This document shows positions 28,100 through 33,175 of a DNA stretch of 33,175 bases, in pieces (position 1 is the stretch's first letter; each line of letters opens with the position of its first letter). Source of the DNA: an uncultured Bdellovibrionales bacterium (GTDB lineage: Bacteria > Bdellovibrionota > Bdellovibrionia > Bdellovibrionales > SG-bin7); NCBI GenBank assembly GCA_964415155.1, contig CAYPZY010000002.1:1-33175 (forward strand). Reading direction: 5' to 3'. The position numbers were made by a program, and so were the translations under genes. The notes under the pieces are model-generated. The model searched no databases and was not told the origin of the DNA. It saw only the letters and a program-made list of their open reading frames with translations.

Positions 28100-28597
28100 T
28101 TATGCTGTTAACCTTTTATTTTCTAAACTGTGTGCTTGTAGAACTTTGTGTAGATCAATCAGTGTGATTAAGCGCTTGTTGTGCTTACCAATACCGATCA
28201 AAGCCTCCCTATTTACATCGATACCGACGTTAGGATTATGTTCAATCTCCTTATCAGTAAGACTGATAACTGACTCAACCCTATCTACAAGGCCGGCCAT
28301 GGGGCCGCCATCGGTAGAGAAAACCATTAACGCCTGATGAGCGCCGTTTTCTGGTTTGTGATTAAAACGAGTACGTAAATCGATGACACCAACAATTTCA
28401 CCGCGAATGTTGATGACACCGGAAAAGTGCTTTGCTGTATTTGGAATTGGCTTTGGAGCTTGAGGCTCAACAACTTCACGAACGCCCAAAAGAGGTGTGC
28501 CATAAAGCTCATCTCCCAAGCGAAAGAGAAGATACTTATTATCTATATTATCTTCGTCATTCAATGTGTCGTTGATATTTTTAATTTCTTTATTCAT
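28100..28597 (-). CDS. cheW: Chemotaxis coupling protein CheW.
   Basis: 165 aa. KYLLFRLGDELYGTPLLGVREVV...INIRGEIVGVIDLR is typical of the CheW-like domain. It has an ATGA overlap with the cheA stop. Confidence 0.9.
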   Translation of the reverse strand: MNKEIKNINDTLNDEDNIDNKYLLFRLGDELYGTPLLGVREVVEPQAPKPIPNTAKHFSGVINIRGEIVGVIDLRTRFNHKPENGAHQALMVFSTDGGPMAGLVDRVESVISLTDKEIEHNPNVGIDVNREALIGIGKHNKRLITLIDLHKVLQAHSLENKRLTA

Positions 28598-30309
28598 GCC
28601 GCATTCTCCATGCCTGAAGTTTTTAGGAAGGCTCGGCCAATTGTGTCTAGGCCAATAATCATTCCTGGTTCACCATCGGCCAGAATAGTCCCGCCTATGA
28701 GTCCAGGAATTCTCGACAGATTCTCACTTAAATCCCTCATAACTACTTGTTGTTGCGCAATGATTGAATCAACTTGGAACGCAATTTTTTTGGAATCAAC
28801 CATTGTGATCAGGGCTGGTTGCAAATGGGAGTAATCGCGGTTTGTTGATAACACGTCATCACCGCTCGAAATATTTCTGGCCGGCAAATATCTTGAGAGC
28901 GTCTCAATTGGAACCACGTTTCCTCGCAGTGACAACATCTGTCCCCCGTTCGTGGTTTTTTCTTTAGGAAAACTGTTGAGATCAATAATTTCGTTAACAT
29001 CGCGAAGTGGAACGACGTAACGATTGCCGGAGACTCCAATAATGATGGCTTCGAGAATCGCTAGAGATGTTGGTAGGGAAATTCTAAATTGGCTACCCTT
29101 ACCAAATTCACTGTCTACTTCTACATATCCACCTAAGGCATCCACAACTCCACGAACAACATCCAAACCGACACCGCGACCGGAGATGTTTGTCACTTTA
29201 TCTGCTGTGGAGAATCCCGCCTTAAAAATAAATGCCAAGATATCTCTTTTAGTGAGGCCATCCGCTGATACGGCGAGTTTTTTCTCGATAGCCTTCTTAA
29301 GAATTTTTTCTTCGTTCATTCCCCGACCATCGTCACGGACTGTAATCAAAACACCGTTGGCGTCTTGTTCGGCGGCGATTCTTACTTTCGCAGCTCTATT
29401 TTTTCCTGCGGCAACACGGTCATCAGGCATTTCGATTCCATGATCTACTGCGTTTCGCACAATATGAATAAGAGGATCAATCATTCTCTCGGTAACGGTT
29501 TTATCTAAATCGACGTCACCGCCCTCAACCGAAACTTCGACATCTTTATTCAAGTCACGGGCGACGTCTTTAATGACACGCTCTAAGCGTTGGAAGGTTC
29601 CCTGTAGAGGTTGCATGCGAAGAGCCATCGCGCGGGCCTGAATATCTTTGATAACTTTGGTCATCAACGAAATCGCGTTGGAACAGCGGCTTGTACTTAG
29701 CGTGTTGGTTGTATAACCATGATGAACGATCGACTGGTGAATAGACAACTCACCAATTAATTGAATCAGCTCACCAAGTTTGTCAGCAGAAATACGAATT
29801 GTTTCGTTAGCTTTCGCGTGAACCGCTTTTGTCGCTTTCTTCGCTTTATCTTCGACACCTTCCAAAAGATTTTCTTCGGTCGGTTGTGCAGGAGCATTGA
29901 CGGTTAGGTCCTGAACATTTTCATTCGAAGACTCAAGAGCTTTATTCAATAGTGCGCAGTAGTCGGATGTATTGGTTGAGTGATGCGGATTATTTTTTAA
30001 TTCGGAAACCCAACCTGAGAGCATCTCTTGTCCTTTCAAGAACAACGAAATGATATTGCTATCGATGCTGAGTTTTCCTTTTTGAACAATCGTGATCAAA
30101 TTTTCAATTTGGTGAACAAACACACCAAGTTTTTCCAAACCAACTGCTTTAGAAGCACCTTTGATATTGTGAGCGGCTCGGAATAGAGCATTCAAATCAC
30201 TTTCATTCGGTTTCTGTTCGAGATTCAAACACGCACGTTCCCACTCGACTAAAGCATCGAGAGCCTCATCAACAAAAATACCTAATACTTCTAAATCAAT
30301 TTCTGCCAT
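28594..30309 (-). CDS. cheA: Chemotaxis histidine kinase CheA (P1 Hpt, short linker without a recognisable P2, P3, P4, P5).
   Basis: Hpt is LFRAAHNIKGASKAVG. The dimerisation region is IRISADKLGELIQLIGEL. The N-box is IHIVRNAVDHGIE. G1 is VRDDGRGMN. G2 is NISGRGVGLDVV. The P5 CheW-like region is RYVVPLRDVNEIIDL. The track ORF starts at GTG 30402. I prefer ATG 30309 (MAEIDLEVLGIFVDEALDAL) because a sigma-28-like -10 element overlaps the GTG. Confidence 0.9.
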   Translation of the reverse strand: MAEIDLEVLGIFVDEALDALVEWERACLNLEQKPNESDLNALFRAAHNIKGASKAVGLEKLGVFVHQIENLITIVQKGKLSIDSNIISLFLKGQEMLSGWVSELKNNPHHSTNTSDYCALLNKALESSNENVQDLTVNAPAQPTEENLLEGVEDKAKKATKAVHAKANETIRISADKLGELIQLIGELSIHQSIVHHGYTTNTLSTSRCSNAISLMTKVIKDIQARAMALRMQPLQGTFQRLERVIKDVARDLNKDVEVSVEGGDVDLDKTVTERMIDPLIHIVRNAVDHGIEMPDDRVAAGKNRAAKVRIAAEQDANGVLITVRDDGRGMNEEKILKKAIEKKLAVSADGLTKRDILAFIFKAGFSTADKVTNISGRGVGLDVVRGVVDALGGYVEVDSEFGKGSQFRISLPTSLAILEAIIIGVSGNRYVVPLRDVNEIIDLNSFPKEKTTNGGQMLSLRGNVVPIETLSRYLPARNISSGDDVLSTNRDYSHLQPALITMVDSKKIAFQVDSIIAQQQVVMRDLSENLSRIPGLIGGTILADGEPGMIIGLDTIGRAFLKTSGMENAA

Positions 30310-30401
30310 AAACTGCGGGATGAACCTTTCTCTCTCGGAAAATCGACTATAGTCTGGACGCGCCAAGTCCACTTTTGTCGTTTTTCCTTTTATCTCTTGC
30401 A

Positions 30402-30428
30402 CTATCGGTAAGTGATTTTCAAAATTAA
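30402..30428 (-). promoter_or_regulatory. Candidate FliA (sigma-28)-type promoter for the che operon.
   Basis: The minus strand reads TTAATTTT-N11-ACCGATAG. The enterobacterial sigma-28 consensus is TAAAGTTT-N11-GCCGATAA. The match is 6/8 plus 6/8 with exact 11-nt spacing. The functional context (che operon) fits. Confidence 0.35.
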
Positions 30429-30472
30429 GTTCATAGCAATTTTATTTTCATTTTAAACAGGGAGTAATATAT

Positions 30473-31204
30473 ATGAACGTAAAAACGTCTAAAAGCCTTC
30501 TCAAATTGGGATTGGCGGTAAGTTTTCTTGGCTTTGGCTCTGTATCATTAGGAGCTGCAGACGAAGAAACAGCAAAAACTTTAACTTATCTTTTCCGCTC
30601 TGCGCGTTCCGTTATCGCCGATAACATTAAGAACATGCAAACCAACCCGAAAGATGCGGGTTTAGATATGGCAGCAGCTCAAAAAGCTACTGACAAAAAA
30701 TATCTAAGTGCGACTGGAAAAAAATTGGACACTTCAGATCCAGCAGCAAAAGCTTTGAAAGAAGCGGTTGATAAAGTTTTTGAAGCTTCATTCAACGATA
30801 AATATAAAGAGACTTGGGCTTCTTCTAAACACTACCCCAATAAACTCTTACCAGCTCGCTTTGCTCGCGAGATTGGTCAGAAGTTAAAAGAAACTTCTGC
30901 TGGTAAATATGAGATCCGCCTCATCGCCACAGATGATTGCTTAGTTAATCCTGACAACAAACCAGATGCTTGGGAAACTAAAATCATGAGCGAGAAAATC
31001 GGAACTAAAGGTTGGGAGCGAAATAAAGGTTATTTCGAGTCACAAGCTGATCAGAAACAAGCTCGTTACATTTTACCTGAGTACTACGATACAAACTGCT
31101 TGAATTGTCACGGTGGTGCTAAAGGAAAAGAAATTCACCCAAAATGTCCAAACACAGAAATTGGATCTTTCGGTGGAGCTATTTCAATTATCATGAAAAT
31201 GTAA
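30473..31204 (+). CDS. Periplasmic c-type haem (CxxCH) protein, DUF3365 / Tll0287-like sensor-type domain.
   Basis: The signal peptide is LLKLGLAVSFLGFGSVSLGAAD. NPDNKPDAWETKIM...ARYILPEYYDTNCLNCHGGAKGKEIHP...GSFGGAISIIM follows the DUF3365 pattern as I remember it (P.N..D.WE ... R...P....CL.CHG ... G..GA.S). GGAG lies upstream of the ATG. Confidence 0.65.
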   Translation: MNVKTSKSLLKLGLAVSFLGFGSVSLGAADEETAKTLTYLFRSARSVIADNIKNMQTNPKDAGLDMAAAQKATDKKYLSATGKKLDTSDPAAKALKEAVDKVFEASFNDKYKETWASSKHYPNKLLPARFAREIGQKLKETSAGKYEIRLIATDDCLVNPDNKPDAWETKIMSEKIGTKGWERNKGYFESQADQKQARYILPEYYDTNCLNCHGGAKGKEIHPKCPNTEIGSFGGAISIIMKM

Positions 31205-31222
31205 TTTGATAGGTTCTTTAGG

Positions 31223-31257
31223 CCGGCTAACTTGAAAAGGTTAGCCGGTTTTTTTTT
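31223..31257 (+). terminator. Rho-independent terminator after the haem protein gene, abutting the next start codon.
   Basis: CCGGCTAAC-TTGAAAAG-GTTAGCCGG forms a 9-bp stem with an 8-nt loop, followed by 9 T (31249-31257). The next ORF's ATG is at 31258. Confidence 0.8.
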
Positions 31258-32043
31258 ATGAAAACGTATTTTGTCTTTTTTATTTTAGTTTGTTCAGTAG
31301 GAGAATCCGCTCCTCGCAGTGGTTCCCCACGCAGTGCTCTTTTCGGCGGCGGCCGTTCAGGATCTGCTGGGAGCTCTCCCTTACAAAAGCAAGAACAGAA
31401 AGCCAAGGATAGGTGGACTATCGCTGACTGGTTTGACACCAAAAAGGTGATCGCCGGGCAAAATATGTTTTTAGCTATGAATCACTCTACCGTCGGCAGT
31501 GAATTTTACTTCGGTGGCGACACCGCGACTTATTCCGTCGTCGGTGGTACAGAAAGTTTTAAAGTTACACGTGGTTTATTCGCCGCCTACACTTCCATTT
31601 TCGGCATTTCAGGTCAATATATCGATAGCACAGATAAGTTTTATGGCTGGGATGCTTTGTTTAATTTACGCGTAATTGGTAAATCGATTCAAAATACCAA
31701 TCTCACTTTATTTTACGGGACTCGTCTGCGTAACGATTCTAGCGGCGTTGCAGGTTCGGCCATTGAAGTGTTTAAAAATAATCTGGTGGGCGGTTCACTT
31801 TGCTTGTACATCGTCAAGCAAATGGGCATCGAAGGCGTTTACCAATCCGTTTTAAAAGATAAGTCTGACATCGGTAGCGATGCCACTGGATTTGCTGTCG
31901 AAGGTTCATTGTTTTTAGACTATGGTCTATTACGCGTGCAGGGCACGTGGTTTCAAGAGAAGATGGAGTACACATCCGCAAGCGGCTCTAATTCTGTTAA
32001 AGACGCGTCTGGGTTGTTAGGTGGCGTTCGATTTTATTTTTAA
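31258..32043 (+). CDS. Secreted protein of unknown family, probably an outer-membrane beta-barrel.
   Basis: The signal peptide is MKTYFVFFILVCSVGESA. A Gly/Ser/Arg-rich linker follows (PRSGSPRSALFGGGRSGSAGSSP). Alternating beta-strand-like segments follow. A C-terminal beta-signal-like ending is present (LLGGVRFYF). Confidence 0.5.
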   Translation: MKTYFVFFILVCSVGESAPRSGSPRSALFGGGRSGSAGSSPLQKQEQKAKDRWTIADWFDTKKVIAGQNMFLAMNHSTVGSEFYFGGDTATYSVVGGTESFKVTRGLFAAYTSIFGISGQYIDSTDKFYGWDALFNLRVIGKSIQNTNLTLFYGTRLRNDSSGVAGSAIEVFKNNLVGGSLCLYIVKQMGIEGVYQSVLKDKSDIGSDATGFAVEGSLFLDYGLLRVQGTWFQEKMEYTSASGSNSVKDASGLLGGVRFYF

Positions 32044-32045
32044 TC

Positions 32046-32062
32046 GGTTCATCTGATGAACT
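32046..32062. repeat. Copy A of the palindromic 17-mer GGTTCATCTGATGAACT, with a GATGAAC half-site 12 nt downstream (32075-32081).
   Basis: Read directly. The core GTTCATC-T-GATGAAC has 7-bp inverted arms. It lies 3 nt after the stop of the beta-barrel gene. Confidence 0.9.
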
Positions 32063-32120
32063 GTCGCTGGCAGTGATGAACGAGAGTTGTTCTAATCTGG
32101 CTCTCTCGCAACACTACCGA

Positions 32121-32788
32121 CTAAGCCCACTTCCTCCCAATCTGCTCCCTAAACACGTAGCGATTGTGTTGAGCACACATGAGCTGAAGATTTTCTAAAA
32201 CCGTTTTGCCGCCAACCCAAGCTGGAATGATGTGATGAACTTGCAATTGATGTTTTGACTTGCAAAAGCCAGCGGTAGTTTTGAACTTACAATACTCATC
32301 TCTTTGAAAAGCTTTTCGTTTTAAATTCGGCGTAATGTAGTGAGGATCTTCATATGTTGCCTTTAGTTCATCAGATGAACCAACCATTTTGGTGAGGGGG
32401 TGTTTACTAATAAAAAACTTCCCGACAATTTCAAACAATTCGGCGAAGGTGGGATTAGAATTCACATGTGACAGAAGCGATTTTACTCTTTTATAAATTT
32501 CAATTTGCTCCTTGTTGAGTGTCGACTCAATTCGCAGTGATTCATCCTTTTGCTTTCGGGTCTTATCGTAATCGATATTTGGTAGATCTAATTCTTGTGC
32601 AACGATGACTTGGGCTTCTTCTTTGGACTTATTCCTTCTGTGAGAAAGGCAAACATGCTGGGATAATCACTTAAATATCCTCGCGTACGATCAATTTCTC
32701 GAATAGTCGCTATAACTTCTCCGATAATTTTCGTCTCCTTTTTGAATAATGTTCTCAATTCTAAATCCAAATCTTTAAATTTTTTCAC
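32121..32788 (-). pseudogene. HNH endonuclease gene (helical N-terminal domain plus C-terminal HNH) interrupted by a 1-nt frameshift.
   Basis: The C-terminal frame reads YITPNLKRKAFQRDEYCKFKTTAGFCKSKHQLQVHHIIPAWVGGKTVLENLQLMCAQHN (the HNH motif). This frame is open upstream to 32666 but has no start before GTG 32465. The N-terminal frame reads (V)KKFKDLDLELRTLFKKETKIIGEVIATIREIDRTRGYLSDYPSMFAFLTEG. It starts at GTG 32788, 4 nt after GGAGG, and stops at 32588. Adding one nucleotide near 32630-32640 joins ...FLTEG to NKSKEEAQVIVAQELDLP... for about 222 aa. Confidence 0.7.
32365..32381. repeat. Copy B of the palindromic 17-mer, identical to copy A on the minus strand, inside the HNH coding sequence.
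   Basis: The plus strand reads AGTTCATCAGATGAACC. Its reverse complement is GGTTCATCTGATGAACT. It encodes GSSDEL in the HNH frame. Confidence 0.9.
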
Positions 32789-33081
32789 AGGGCCTCCGTT
32801 GGGTTGAGGAGTCAATATAGCATTGATTTTAAGAGAGATTATTATTTGCAAAATTGGCTTATGACTCTGGCTTCACAAATTTGCTCGTACGAAAGGTATT
32901 TTTTGCGATCACACGGCTTACGCGTCAAATGTGTTGGTTACGATTGAATTTGAGAGTGTTAAATGAACGATTGCACCTAAATCAGAAAAACCATGTCAAA
33001 TAAAATGTAAGAATGTCCGGAGGGTTTTTCTTTGCGGGGCTGAACCGCGCGAATCAACCGATTCACCACTAGACAGCACTT

Positions 33082-33098
33082 GGTTCATCAGATGAACT
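33082..33098. repeat. Copy C of the palindromic 17-mer (GGTTCATCAGATGAACT), with a GATGAAC half-site 11 nt downstream (33110-33116).
   Basis: Read directly. It has the same orientation and the same full-site plus half-site layout as copy A. It lies about 295 nt upstream of the HNH start. Confidence 0.9.
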
Positions 33099-33175
33099 AA
33101 CAAACACCAGATGAACCCACCTCACTCGAAGCCAATCTCGTCACCCTCAGTGACCAAAGCCAGCCTCCTCTCCCC

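Noticed and set aside
30310-30402. The N-terminal 31 codons of the longest cheA ORF (GTG start, MQEIKGKTTKVDLARPDYSRFSERERFIPQF).
   Set aside because: The GTG overlaps the -10 of the sigma-28-like element. The extension has no CheA-like character, whereas ATG 30309 gives a canonical Hpt N-terminus. I kept it only as an alternative start.
31227-31442. A 71-aa minus-strand ORF overlapping the start of the beta-barrel gene.
   Set aside because: It is antisense to a region encoding a good signal peptide. It is produced by the GC-rich Gly/Ser/Arg linker codons. It would end inside the terminator hairpin.
32588-32666. Programmed -1 ribosomal frameshifting as the explanation for the split HNH gene.
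   Set aside because: There is no slippery heptamer (X XXY YYZ) and no obvious downstream stimulatory structure in the window where both frames are open. A mutation or sequencing error is more parsimonious.
33122-33175. An open minus-strand frame entering from the right edge (…GERRLALVTEGDEIGFE stop), and a plus-strand ATG at 33111 open to the edge.
   Set aside because: At most 18-21 codons are visible and they carry no motifs. I cannot tell which strand, if either, is coding.
1-33175. A scan for CRISPR arrays, tRNA/rRNA genes, IS elements, integrases, prophage genes, toxin-antitoxin pairs and known defence-system signatures.
   Set aside because: No regularly spaced repeats, cloverleaf-like segments, transposase or integrase motifs, or small paired ORFs were seen. 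Apart from the HNH cassette, the window looks like core chromosome. This was a by-eye scan, so small ncRNAs could be missed.

Overview
This 33.2-kb window is AT-rich (roughly low-40s % GC by eye, not computed) and densely coded. It comes from a Gram-negative, flagellated bacterium, as shown by a Tol system, outer-membrane beta-barrels and MotAB/FlbD. A Bdellovibrio-like or Oligoflexia-type lineage is my guess only.

Gene content, left to right:
- The 5' part of a CheR-receiver fusion gene, truncated by the window edge.
- A 566-578-aa multidomain signalling protein: cNMP-binding-like domain, coiled coil, degenerate receiver, RsbW/SpoIIAB-like GHKL domain.
- A complete minus-strand suf operon: rrf2-sufB-sufC-sufD-sufS-nfu.
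- A degenerate GDPD-like membrane protein.
- tolQ-tolR-tolA-tolB, running directly into glnE. No pal follows tolB.
- A secreted cyclophilin.
- flbD-motA-motB, preceded by a stand-alone cNMP-binding protein.
- An SDR epimerase.
- dus plus an ABC ATPase and an ABC-2 permease.
- A strongly signalled porin-like beta-barrel gene.
- A chemosensory operon: cheA-cheW-mcp-cheR::REC::cheB.
- A divergently transcribed periplasmic CxxCH (DUF3365/Tll0287-like) haem protein, followed by an unknown beta-barrel protein.
- A frameshifted HNH endonuclease gene bracketed by copies of a 17-bp palindromic motif.

I saw no rRNA, tRNA, CRISPR array, transposase, integrase or recognisable defence island.

The best candidates for something undescribed are signalling architectures:
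- Two paralogous genes fuse the opposing adaptation enzymes CheR and CheB around a receiver. One sits in a CheY-less, P2-less che operon.
- The other sits behind a cNMP-like/pseudo-receiver/RsbW-like kinase.
- A haem-c sensor-like protein is paired divergently with the che operon.
- The palindrome-bracketed HNH cassette lies at the right edge.

All domain calls rest on motifs I read in the translations. No database search was run.
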